Made by a program: the position numbers and the translations under genes. DNA of 20,470 nt from Candidatus Iainarchaeum sp. (GTDB taxonomy: Archaea; Iainarchaeota; Iainarchaeia; Iainarchaeales; GCA-2688035). Position 1 is the stretch's first letter, and each line of letters opens with the position of its first letter. The stretch covers positions 1 through 20,470 of the forward strand of contig JAFCCL010000015.1 in NCBI GenBank assembly GCA_017610205.1. Reading direction: 5' to 3'. The notes below the pieces were generated by a model that was not told where the DNA came from, searched no databases, and was given only the letters and a program-made list of their open reading frames with translations. Shown in pieces: positions 1-8,724 of this stretch.

Positions 1-1142
1 TGCACTGTAATTCAAAACGTCCCATAAAGCAGTATTGTCATAACCCAAATCCTGTTGTCTGTTGTAATCAATCATCAAAGCAAGTGCGCCTGCAACCTGG
101 GCTGCGGCAACACCGACTGAATCAGTGGCATTTACAACACTGCCATCCAAAGCCAAAACAGGCACTTCTTCGCCAGGGGCAAGGACTTCGGTATACTTCC
201 ATGTGTCTGTTGTAACTTCTTGTGGGTCGTACCTTGTATGGGCACCAACGCCTATAACATTAGAATAAACTGCGGGACCTGCATAAGGGTATTCGTAAGT
301 TGGTGCTACATATATCATTCCTTCTGCATAACTGCTGTTAAATAATTCGGCTAATACGTAATATCCATATGATCCAACACCCATATATATAATGTCTACA
401 TCTTCTTGAAGCAAAGCCCATTCTATAGCTTCAAGTATTGTTAGTACACTTGTGTTTCCTGTGTCGTTTCCGACTTTGAGTGCGTAGTATTGTGTTTGTG
501 GTGCTGTGCCTTCTGTTGTTCCTATTGCGCTTAGCATACTTGAGGCCATTTCTGTTCCGTGTCCGTATTCGTCCATTGGGTCGTTGTCCTCTTCAATGCA
601 GAAGTATCCTTCTCTAACTGAGCAAAAGTCGTATCCTCCTAGATATTTTGCTCCGTTTATGTCTGGGAGGTTGTAGTTGACTCCTGAGTCGATTATTGCT
701 ATTGTTACTCCTTGACCGTCTACGTTGAAGTTGTTCCAGGCGTTTTCTGCGTTTATTCCTGTTTCTTCAAGGTTCCATTGGCTTCCTGTGGTGTGGCTTG
801 TTATTTGAGTTCCTTCGCTCATTATTGTTAATTCACTGCCTTTGGCTTGGCTGGTTGCTGTTGGCCCTATGTATATAGCTTGATTTTCTTCAACACTTTC
901 AACTCCTAGCTCCTGCCTTAGTTGTTCTGCTGCTGCTTCTGTGAGTTTTGCGGTTACGGCGTTTATGTGCTGGAATTCGTGGCCTGTCTCGCCGTATTCT
1001 ACCACAATTGCCTTGCTTGTCCCTTCTGATAGCAGGACAATGTATACTTTGGCTTCTTCTTGGCTTTGATTGTCTTCAGCAAAGGCTATGCCGGAACTAG
1101 AACAGTCAATAGTATAACGGCGGCCAGTTTTTTGAGGCTCAT
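1..1142 (-). pseudogene. S8 subtilisin-like protein (signal peptide, I9-like propeptide, S8 domain); frameshifted after the signal peptide, catalytic Ser position is Gly; runs off the window edge
   Basis: Manual translation. ATG at 1142 gives MSLKKLAAVILLTVLVPA then TAG (1086-1088). A 1-nt shifted frame reads SGIAFAEDNQSQEEAKVYIVLL...GQGVTIAIIDSG (Asp 688-690)...DEYGHGTEMAS (His 559-561)...VLAPGEEV...DSVGVAAAQVAGALALM and stays open to position 1. Not in the ORF track. Confidence 0.85.
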
Positions 1143-1287
1143 ATATATACTGCCTCTTGGCTTGCTTTTAAGCCTTTTGTTTACATTTTTTGCCGGAAAT
1201 GCCAGAATTCTGACTTAAATTGCCAAATATTGTGGAATTGACGAAAATTGATTTATAAAAGGCATTTTGCTTGAATTTAAGGATTTT

Positions 1288-1905
1288 TTAGGTTTCCTTC
1301 AAATTTGCTTGGATTTTTGGCTTGTGGTTTTCGGCCATGGAAATGCTGAATTGTGATGAACCTGATAGAGTAACATTTTGCAATGTTTCCATATAATACT
1401 CCGACATATTAACTGTGATGGTATTCCCTCCTTGATTAACCAGTTGCCAGCCTGAAGGCACAAGTCCATAACTAATTTGGACGTTTGTGCCAGGAGTATA
1501 ATCTCCTTCATTGACGTAAAATGAAAGACTAACAGAGGATGTTCTCCAAACTCCAGCTAAGTTTCCCCCTTTGGATGTTTCTATTGGTCCAAAGGTAATG
1601 ATCGCAGGAGTTGGTTCTGGCGGTCCTGCAGGCAAAGTTGTTTCGGTGATGTACGTGCATACGTTGCATTCTGGGTCGTGGCAGTCTATTAGGTCGTTGC
1701 CGTTGTCGCTTATGCCGTTGTTGCATACTTCGGTTTTTTTGGTGTTGAGTGGGGTGGTGTCTGTTTTTTCGAGGCCTGTTGTTGATTCAGTGTATGTTAT
1801 GGTTATTTCTTTTGCGGCGCTTACGCCTATTCCTTCTATTTGGAAGCTGTCTCCTCGGCTGATTGTTACTGGCTCGAATTGGTATTCTATGCCTTTGTAT
1901 GTGAC
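1288..1905 (-). pseudogene. 5'-truncated putative cell-surface protein with an E-x-C-x2-G-x-D...D-C-x-D-P-x-C metal-binding motif
   Basis: The frame of ORF 1288-1635 stays open upstream to a TAA at about 1924-1926 with no ATG: VTYKGIEYQFEPVTISRGDSFQIEGIGVSAAKEITITYTESTTGLEKTDT...EVCNNGISDNGNDLIDCHDPEC (1666-1731). A P/T-rich linker and a beta-rich domain follow. There is no signal peptide, so the N-terminus looks lost. Confidence 0.65.
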
Positions 1906-2028
1906 AAACCAGAGTATTCTGTGTTAACAAAAGGAGACAACGAAGAAACAAACTCCCAGGGCATTGAGTATCTCAAGAAAAGCGAGTATAAAGGAAAAGT
2001 TCTCTTTTGGATAAAGATTCTCTCATAA
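1903..2028 (+). pseudogene. C-terminal remnant of a signal peptidase I (S26/Sec11-like)
   Basis: Reads KPEYSVLTKGDNEETNSQGIEYLKKSEYKGKVLFWIKILS*. TKGDN (1927-1941) followed by GKV-x-F resembles the S26 box E region. The catalytic N-terminal part is absent. Confidence 0.5.
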
Positions 2029-2253
2029 AGCAGTTTGCCCATTTGTCTTTTTCATGCAAATCAATTACATCGTTTTATTTTTTGTCTGCACAATCAAATC
2101 ATTTCCTTCCACTCTAATTAAACCATTTTCCCATTATTTAAAGTTTCGGTAACGCTTTTTCAGGGACGCAAAAGGGATTTCATAGGACTATTACACTGAT
2201 CTGCTGTGAAACTTTAAAAACGTGAAAAAAAACCAATACATCGGAAAAGTCAT

Positions 2254-2391
2254 ATGGTGGATGACAATAATTCCTTAAAACCCAAAGAACCAGTTAGCCT
2301 ATTTCAAGGTTTCGGTAAGGTTTTTTTTAGGTTGTTGAATATCTCAAAGTTTGTTTCACAACTTAAGCAATCGGGTTTAAAAAATATTTAG
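2254..2391 (+). CDS. possible 45-aa small protein
   Basis: MVDDNNSLKPKEPVSLFQGFGKVFFRLLNISKFVSQLKQSGLKNI*. A TTTAAAA TATA-like box lies at about 2213-2219. No recognisable motif. Confidence 0.25.
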   Translation: MVDDNNSLKPKEPVSLFQGFGKVFFRLLNISKFVSQLKQSGLKNI

Positions 2392-2418
2392 CACTCTTTT
2401 TTTCTTGCAAGTCAGAAT

Positions 2419-3513
2419 TTATTTATTAGAGAGACAAAATTCATTTATCTTGTCAATAACTATTTTACTGTCTTTAATTTTCATAGACGGGTAATTTGGC
2501 AGTGAAAGGATTTGTCTACAAAATTTTTCGGTATTTGGTAAGACACATTTAAAGTTAGAGAATATTGGTTGCTTGTGTATTGGGATTGGATAGTGTATTC
2601 CTGTCTGGATGTCATTTTTGTCCAAGTGTTCCCTGAGTTTGTCTCTTTCGTTTACTCTTATCACATATTGATGGAAAACATGTTTTGAATTATTCCTTTG
2701 TGTCGGTTTTGTTATTTTTTCGGTGAGGTACTTATCGTAACTTGATGCGATTTTTATCCTCTTTTCATTCCAGTCATCCAATTTCTTTAGTTGTTCTATT
2801 CCAATAGCTGCCATTATTTCATTCATCCTAAAATTTAGAGTCAAGACCTCACTTATATATTTTCCTTCCTTTTTAGAATAGTTTCTTCCATGGTCTCGAA
2901 GCGTTTGGGTTTTCTTGTAAAGCTCTGGATCGCTTGTTATTACCATCCCTCCATCGCCACACACGGTCATGTTTTTTGCGGGAAAGAATGAAAAGCAAGC
3001 AATATCGCCAATCGAGCCGGCTTTTTTTCCGTGGTATTTGGCTCCATGAGCTTGCGCAGCATCCTCTACCAAGTAGAATCCTTTTTTCTCTTTTAAAGCT
3101 AACAACTCGTCCATTTCACACATTTGACCATAAAGATGAACTGCAATTACTGCTTTTGTATTGGTAGTCAGTTTTGACTTTAAATCTTTGATATCTATTG
3201 TGTATGTTTCATCTACGTCTACAAACACTGGCTTTGCGCCGCACATTAAGATTGGAGAAGCTGATGCAATGAAGGAGTGGCTTGGAACAACCACTTCGTC
3301 TCCCCTACCAACTCCCAATGCTCTCAGAGCAATATAGATTGATGCTGTGCCATTGCATGTTGCTGTACCAAATTTTGTCCCGCAATAATTTGAGAATTCT
3401 TCTTCAAACTTTTTAACAATTGGGCCTTTAATATATAACCCGCTTTTTAGAACTTTTACCGCAGCATTAATCATCTTTGGTGTAACTAATGGTCTGCTTA
3501 ACGGTATCCTCAT
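2419..3513 (-). CDS. DegT/DnrJ/EryC1/StrS family PLP-dependent sugar aminotransferase
   Basis: Motifs NGTASIY, GDEVVVP, VHLYGQ, EDAAQAHG, SFFPAKN (PLP Lys), GDGGM, HGR, IHYPIPIH, LSLP. ATGA overlap with the upstream gene. Confidence 0.95.
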   Translation of the reverse strand: MRIPLSRPLVTPKMINAAVKVLKSGLYIKGPIVKKFEEEFSNYCGTKFGTATCNGTASIYIALRALGVGRGDEVVVPSHSFIASASPILMCGAKPVFVDVDETYTIDIKDLKSKLTTNTKAVIAVHLYGQMCEMDELLALKEKKGFYLVEDAAQAHGAKYHGKKAGSIGDIACFSFFPAKNMTVCGDGGMVITSDPELYKKTQTLRDHGRNYSKKEGKYISEVLTLNFRMNEIMAAIGIEQLKKLDDWNEKRIKIASSYDKYLTEKITKPTQRNNSKHVFHQYVIRVNERDKLREHLDKNDIQTGIHYPIPIHKQPIFSNFKCVLPNTEKFCRQILSLPNYPSMKIKDSKIVIDKINEFCLSNK

Positions 3514-4451
3514 ACTGCAATCTCCTTTCCTTGTTTAGCAGATATTAGGCACTTTTCACAGAGCCTGACTGTTTCTAATGCCGCTTCATCAACAAATGTT
3601 TTGTTTGAATTAACCAAGTTTACAAAATATTTGAGCTCTTCAAAAAGGGGTTCATTCTTTCCGAATTTTATCTCCGTTTCAGCTCCACGAACCACCCTAT
3701 TTTCTAGCATTTTGATTGGGTAACTTGTAATTGATTGCTCAAGAAGGTCTGCATAAATTTTTTCGTTTTCTGCAATAACCCAAACGTCTCTTTTTTTTAG
3801 AGGATGCAACCAACTCATCTCTAAATTTGCAACAAAACCATCATATTTCAATGTAATTGACGCAAAATCTTCTCTTTGGTTCCCTAAACAATTCACTTTA
3901 GAACAATATACTCTTTTTGGTTTTTCTTCTAAAAGAAAACTCATTGTGTCTATTAAATGGCTGCCAAAGTTAAAGATGACCCCGCTGTCTTTTCTTGGCG
4001 GCTTATGTGAATGAATGAACCTTGCAGTAATGTAATTTATATTTCCTGTCTTTAAAAGAAGGTTTCTAAGCTTTAAAACTCCTGCATTGAACCTAAAAAG
4101 GTGTCCAACCATTAATGAAACGTTTTCGGCTTTGGCAATTTTCACTAACTTTTTTCCCTGTTGGTAGTTTAGTGTCAACGGTTTTTCCACAAAAACGTGC
4201 TTGCCTTTTTCAAGAGCTTTTTTCACAATTTCATAATGTAAATGTGTTGGAGCAACTATAGATACTGCGTCAACAAGATTTAACGCGTCTTCATAATTAG
4301 TAAAAAACTTTGCACCGTATTGTTCAGCAATTCTTTGTTTGCTTGGGTCGATATCTGCTAATGCCACAAGTTTGCATTCAAGGTTTGACAATATCCTTAA
4401 ATGATTTGTAGCCCACGCTCCAACTCCAATCACCGCAATCTTTGCCACCAT
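3510..4451 (-). CDS. Gfo/Idh/MocA family NAD-dependent oxidoreductase (WlbA/WbpB-like sugar dehydrogenase)
   Basis: Rossmann motif IAVIGVGAWA, PTHLH, HVFVEKP, VGHLFRFN, GVIFNFGSHLID, EPLFEEL. Coupled to the DegT gene. Confidence 0.93.
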   Translation of the reverse strand: MVAKIAVIGVGAWATNHLRILSNLECKLVALADIDPSKQRIAEQYGAKFFTNYEDALNLVDAVSIVAPTHLHYEIVKKALEKGKHVFVEKPLTLNYQQGKKLVKIAKAENVSLMVGHLFRFNAGVLKLRNLLLKTGNINYITARFIHSHKPPRKDSGVIFNFGSHLIDTMSFLLEEKPKRVYCSKVNCLGNQREDFASITLKYDGFVANLEMSWLHPLKKRDVWVIAENEKIYADLLEQSITSYPIKMLENRVVRGAETEIKFGKNEPLFEELKYFVNLVNSNKTFVDEAALETVRLCEKCLISAKQGKEIAV

Positions 4452-4457
4452 TTCTAA

Positions 4458-5180
4458 TCATCTTAAGTGAAACTTTTCTTTTACAAAATCTATTTCTTGC
4501 TGAATTTCTTTTCTGCAATCTATATATGGTATTTTGCTTTCAATTACAAAAGGAACATTTAAATCTAAAAGAGGCCTGATTTCCCTGAGGATATTTTCAG
4601 GTGTTTGGGTAAGTAACAAGTGGTCTGTTGAACTTCCTCCAATTTGGGATATTCCGCTCAAATGCACTCCAATTATATACTCTTTAAGTGCAAGGAAATC
4701 TTTTGGCAAAATCGAGTTAACGAGGGCATGCGTTGGATCCAAAACTAGTTTTAAGCCATGGTATTTCTCTAAGAGAACACGGTTCTCCTCAACTGTTTGC
4801 AAACCTTTCTTTTTTTTTCCATCAGGAGCATTCTCAATCGCTGAAACAAAACCAGATTGAAAGACATACTTATAATCTTGAATTTGGTGGCTATGATAAA
4901 TTAGCTTTTCGGCTTTGACTTCCTTTGCCTTTTTTGTTATTTGTTCAATTGTTTCCTTGCAAGATTGTGAAGAATCATACACACCTGTATTTGGCATATG
5001 TACAGAGTTCTCGTTATAACCCTCCAATATACTAATGGTTGAATCTACTAAACCAGCAGTGGCCAATTCTTGACCGAATATTTCCACCCCATCAATTTCA
5101 AATTGGCTCAAAAACTCAATTTTTTGATTAAAGTCCATTTTTTGACTGATAAGGGTAACGAAAGAAATAATCACTTTCAT
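4458..5180 (-). CDS. xylose isomerase-like / AP endonuclease family 2 TIM-barrel metalloenzyme
   Basis: Metal-ligand pattern GVEI, SVHMP, IYHS, AIEN, LVLDPTHA, GVHLS, DH, VIES. First gene of the minus-strand operon. Confidence 0.8.
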   Translation of the reverse strand: MKVIISFVTLISQKMDFNQKIEFLSQFEIDGVEIFGQELATAGLVDSTISILEGYNENSVHMPNTGVYDSSQSCKETIEQITKKAKEVKAEKLIYHSHQIQDYKYVFQSGFVSAIENAPDGKKKKGLQTVEENRVLLEKYHGLKLVLDPTHALVNSILPKDFLALKEYIIGVHLSGISQIGGSSTDHLLLTQTPENILREIRPLLDLNVPFVIESKIPYIDCRKEIQQEIDFVKEKFHLR

Positions 5181-5218
5181 AAGAAAACTTTAAGTAATAA
5201 CATCTCTTAAAGTATTAC
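5181..5218. promoter_or_regulatory. overlapping divergent archaeal promoters with two opposed ACTTTAAG TATA boxes
   Basis: ACTTTAAG at 5187-5194 (+) is 24 nt before GTG 5219. Its reverse complement at 5206-5213 is 25 nt before ATG 5180 on the minus strand. Confidence 0.7.
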
Positions 5219-6451
5219 GTGAAACAAAGCAAAAACATAAAAATAATGTACTACAGCCACAATTCGCATGGACTAGGACATTCCACTCGTGCACTAGCAA
5301 TACTAACCGGCATCAAAAAACAAAATCCAAATTCTGATATACTAATAGCTGCCGGAACAGGGGTCCCACACATCTTTTTGAATCAAGGCATAGAGATTGT
5401 CAAGCTACCTTCAATCAAAATGACAGACAATCCCGATAATTCAACATCCTTAATTCCAAGATACTTAAAAGCAAGCCTTAGCGAAATATCAGAATTAAGA
5501 AGAAGAATACTACTTGATACTTTCGATTGCTTTAAACCCAATGTTCTGATTGTAGAACACGCTTTTTTTGGGCAAAATGCCGAAATGTTACCAATTTTGA
5601 TGCGGCGATGGGTGGAAGATAGGAACCACCAAAAAAGAAGCTTTGCAACGGTCTATATCTCAAGGGGCATAATGGATTCCCCACGAAGAGTAAAAAGCCT
5701 TTGGAAGGAAAAAACCCAAAAAGGAGGTTCAATAGATGGAACAAACTTGTTTGACTTGGTTTATATAATGGAAGACAAAAAAACAATAAACTTCAAAAAA
5801 GATTATCAGCTAGACAAACAGTTTTGTGACAGAGCTAAATATTTGGGAAAAATTACGATAAAAACCAAAAAAGAACTCGTACGCCCACAAGAAATAAAAG
5901 AATATTATGGTATTCCTGCTAACGAAAAAATTATTCTAGTTAGCCTAGGCAGATGGAAAGGAATCGAAAAAATCTTAGATGTGTTACTCAAAACTTTTAA
6001 GGAAATCAATGGCAAAAAAGAGTATAACCTGTTAGTCCAAATTGACCCTTTTTTGGACAAAGAAATCATTGCAAAACACATTAAAAACAAGGATTCCAAA
6101 ATAAAGTTCCTTGATTACATTCCTCAAATGATTGACATGATCAATGCCGCGGATCTGGTCATATGCCGTGGGGGCTACAATACGATTGCAGAAATATTGC
6201 TCACAAACACAAAAGCCATTTTATTCCCCGAAATAGGCAGAACAGAAGAAGAGCCTTACCGGGTAAAAAAAGCATCTAAAAACAAAAACATTGTTTATTT
6301 AGACGAATTTAATTTAACAAAGAAAGAATTCAAGAAAAAAACAATTCAACTACTGAAACAAAAAAAAGGACTCCCCAAAAACAATTTCGACAAATACAAA
6401 ATTGGAAAAACAATTTTGAATGACATTAAAAAGCAATTTAATAGACTTTAA
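5219..6451 (+). CDS. GT-B glycosyltransferase, COG4671-like / GT28 C-terminal-like
   Basis: MYYSHNSHGLGHSTRA, IVKLPSI, RRRILLDTFDCFKPNVLIVEH, ILVSLG, ADLVICRGGYNTIAEIL. GTG start is supported by TATA spacing; an alternative ATG is at 5246. Confidence 0.88.
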   Translation: MKQSKNIKIMYYSHNSHGLGHSTRALAILTGIKKQNPNSDILIAAGTGVPHIFLNQGIEIVKLPSIKMTDNPDNSTSLIPRYLKASLSEISELRRRILLDTFDCFKPNVLIVEHAFFGQNAEMLPILMRRWVEDRNHQKRSFATVYISRGIMDSPRRVKSLWKEKTQKGGSIDGTNLFDLVYIMEDKKTINFKKDYQLDKQFCDRAKYLGKITIKTKKELVRPQEIKEYYGIPANEKIILVSLGRWKGIEKILDVLLKTFKEINGKKEYNLLVQIDPFLDKEIIAKHIKNKDSKIKFLDYIPQMIDMINAADLVICRGGYNTIAEILLTNTKAILFPEIGRTEEEPYRVKKASKNKNIVYLDEFNLTKKEFKKKTIQLLKQKKGLPKNNFDKYKIGKTILNDIKKQFNRL

Positions 6452-7617
6452 TTAAGCTTATTTTTTAAAAGTTTTTTGTAAACAGAAATCCATTTTTTTA
6501 CTTCAACTTCAGCATTCAACTGCTTTATGACTTTGTGATACGCATTCTCACCCAAAGCTTGCCTCTTTTTTGGGTCTTTGAGCAGAGCCAAAATTGCATA
6601 AGTTAATTCTTCTGCAGAACGCGGGTTTACTATCAAACTATCCTTGTTGTGTGTTAATAGCTCGGGCATGGATCCAACGCTTGTAGCAACAATTGCTTTC
6701 TTTTCAGCCATTGCCTCAACAATCGCGTTTGGGCTCCCTTCTGAGGTGGATGGATAAACCAAGATGTCAACTGAGCTAAGTGCCTTTAAGCCATCTTTAT
6801 GAGGCAACAATCCAGTAACAATTATTTTGCCCGCGAGCCCTAACTCTTCAATAAGCTTTTTGTATTCTGCATCTTCCCCTTTTCTCACCTCACCAATAAC
6901 AAGCAGCATCGCATTTTGATGCGTTTTCAGCACCTCGCTAAAGGACCTTAAAAGGTATGTGAAACCTTTTTTTCGCTTAATTTCCCCAAACGCCCCAATC
7001 ACAATCTTGCCGTTTAACCTATCATCAAATTTGCCTGTGACTGAGTTAGGAATAACATTAAGGTCAACATGATTATACACTACCTCTATTTTTGCTTTCG
7101 GAACAATTAGTTTAGCCCATTCTTTCAAGTCTGAGCTAACCGCAGTTATTTTGTCTACATTTTCCAAAGTCCAGCGAATCAAAGGAAATTTTGTTGGGTT
7201 AAAGATGTCATTCCCAATATCATTACCCTGAATTGTTACAACCACAGGCTTCTTTAGCTTTTTTCCAACCAAGGTAGCAATATAGCCTGATGGGACAATA
7301 TATTGCCCATGAAAAATATCAAAGTCATATTTCTGGTCAAGAACCCCCAAAGCATAAGCTAGATTGTCTAGCCCCCATGCATAAAAAGGCTGGTCCAACG
7401 GGTTCGTAGTTGCAGGAGATACAAAGTGAACAGGAATACCATCAATTTTATTTGACCGTATTTCTGTTTCAACACTTACTTTACTGCTTTCCAAAGCAAC
7501 TATGTGAGCTTCAACATTTTGATCCATCAAGTGCAAACAAAGCCTTTTAGCAATTATTGAAATTCCTTCAGACTCAAGAAATTTCGGCAGAACAAAACAA
7601 ACCTTAAATTTTCTCAT
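6448..7617 (-). CDS. glycosyltransferase family 4 (retaining GT-B)
   Basis: DIFHGQY, KPVVVTIQGND, ITAVS, KRKKGFTYL, PSTSEGSPNAIVEAMA (E-x7-E), IVATSVGSMPE. Confidence 0.93.
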   Translation of the reverse strand: MRKFKVCFVLPKFLESEGISIIAKRLCLHLMDQNVEAHIVALESSKVSVETEIRSNKIDGIPVHFVSPATTNPLDQPFYAWGLDNLAYALGVLDQKYDFDIFHGQYIVPSGYIATLVGKKLKKPVVVTIQGNDIGNDIFNPTKFPLIRWTLENVDKITAVSSDLKEWAKLIVPKAKIEVVYNHVDLNVIPNSVTGKFDDRLNGKIVIGAFGEIKRKKGFTYLLRSFSEVLKTHQNAMLLVIGEVRKGEDAEYKKLIEELGLAGKIIVTGLLPHKDGLKALSSVDILVYPSTSEGSPNAIVEAMAEKKAIVATSVGSMPELLTHNKDSLIVNPRSAEELTYAILALLKDPKKRQALGENAYHKVIKQLNAEVEVKKWISVYKKLLKNKLN

Positions 7618-7698
7618 AATAAACTTTCACCACAAAAATATTTATATGTACTCCATTAGATAACACTTAAAAAACTATAATTACCCTTTTTATATGGT
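7618..7698. promoter_or_regulatory. divergent promoter region
   Basis: ATATAAATA on the minus strand (7639-7647) precedes the GT4 start. CTTAAAAA (7666-7673) lies about 25 nt before ATG 7699. Confidence 0.45.
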
Positions 7699-8724
7699 AT
7701 GCCAAAAAGGTCAAACAAAATGGTAACCCACAAAATGGGCAGAATGCGGGTATCCTATACCCCCCAAAGCCGCGGGTTGTTGACTGAACATAGCAAGGCT
7801 GTTAAAAAAGAAGCTAAGGCAAAAGGGCTTTCTGGAACCTACTCTGTTTTTAGAGACTTAATCACACCCTCAAACCGATTAAGTGTCAAAAAGATAGACG
7901 GAAAGTGCTATATCATTACGCCATCAAAGCCATTTGTTGGAATCTTAACCGATGTCAATGTTACACCATCTAGAACAATTGCACGAAAAGGCGGTGGACC
8001 AGTTGAAACAGTCTATTGGCTCAAAAGACTGCAAGGGTCAAGCGAGCAAAAAAGAGTATTTGTTAAAGACCAGCGTGACCAAAAGAGCCTTCGTTTAGAA
8101 AAAAGAGAGATAGAAGATGCCCGAAGGCAACAAAGAAGAGTTGGTATTGGAGTGCCAAATTTTGTTTTGAGAGTTGAACCAACAGATAGAAGCAGACGCA
8201 TTACTGTCACAGAATTATTAGAGGGTGTTGAACCAGTAGATAAATTTGTTCAATCGCTTCCAAGAGCAAAAAAAGAAAAGATAATTAGACAAGTTAATGA
8301 ACTCGGGTTAAGTTTGATTAAGAAAGGGCTTTTTCCAACCCAAACCAAAGGAGACCATATCTTAATTTCGAAAGATGCCCCCGCAAAATTTTTTATTGCA
8401 GATAGTGCAGTTGGTTTTACCCCCACATCCCTAAATAGGTTAATGCTATTACAAACCCTAAAAGAAGACCCAAGTATCAGAAGGCCTGACTGGAACTCTG
8501 TTCATCGAAGTTTTTCAGGAATGCAAAGGTACTGGAAGAGTCTGCCCAAGGAAGCTAGAGAAAGAATACAAGTTAGACAACTAAACATGTTACTGGATGA
8601 AATACACCGAGGTCCTGGAGCCAGACCACCTTGGCAAAAGTTAGCAAAGAAAGTTGATGCCCTGGTCCTAGAAATGTTTTCTAATTGTAAATACGCACAA
8701 GAAATTAGGGAGAGGGTTAGATGA
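7699..8724 (+). CDS. protein-kinase-like fold protein (Kdo/WaaP/RIO-like) with a degenerate catalytic loop and basic N-terminus
   Basis: VFVK (beta3 Lys), REIE (alphaC Glu), GIGVPN, ITVTELLEG (hinge), GLFPTQTKGDHILI where HxDxxxxN is expected, FFIADS where DFG is expected. ATGA overlap with the radical SAM gene. Confidence 0.55.
   Translation: MPKRSNKMVTHKMGRMRVSYTPQSRGLLTEHSKAVKKEAKAKGLSGTYSVFRDLITPSNRLSVKKIDGKCYIITPSKPFVGILTDVNVTPSRTIARKGGGPVETVYWLKRLQGSSEQKRVFVKDQRDQKSLRLEKREIEDARRQQRRVGIGVPNFVLRVEPTDRSRRITVTELLEGVEPVDKFVQSLPRAKKEKIIRQVNELGLSLIKKGLFPTQTKGDHILISKDAPAKFFIADSAVGFTPTSLNRLMLLQTLKEDPSIRRPDWNSVHRSFSGMQRYWKSLPKEARERIQVRQLNMLLDEIHRGPGARPPWQKLAKKVDALVLEMFSNCKYAQEIRERVR

Noticed and set aside
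1571-1927. 118-aa hydrophobic plus-strand ORF
   Set aside because: It is antisense to the Cys-motif surface-protein frame, and its hydrophobicity reflects G/T-rich composition.
2254-2391. Small ORF as a RiPP precursor for the radical SAM enzyme
   Set aside because: It lies more than 6 kb from the rSAM gene, has no Cys or leader-like motif, no RRE/PqqD domain was seen, and its coding status is doubtful.
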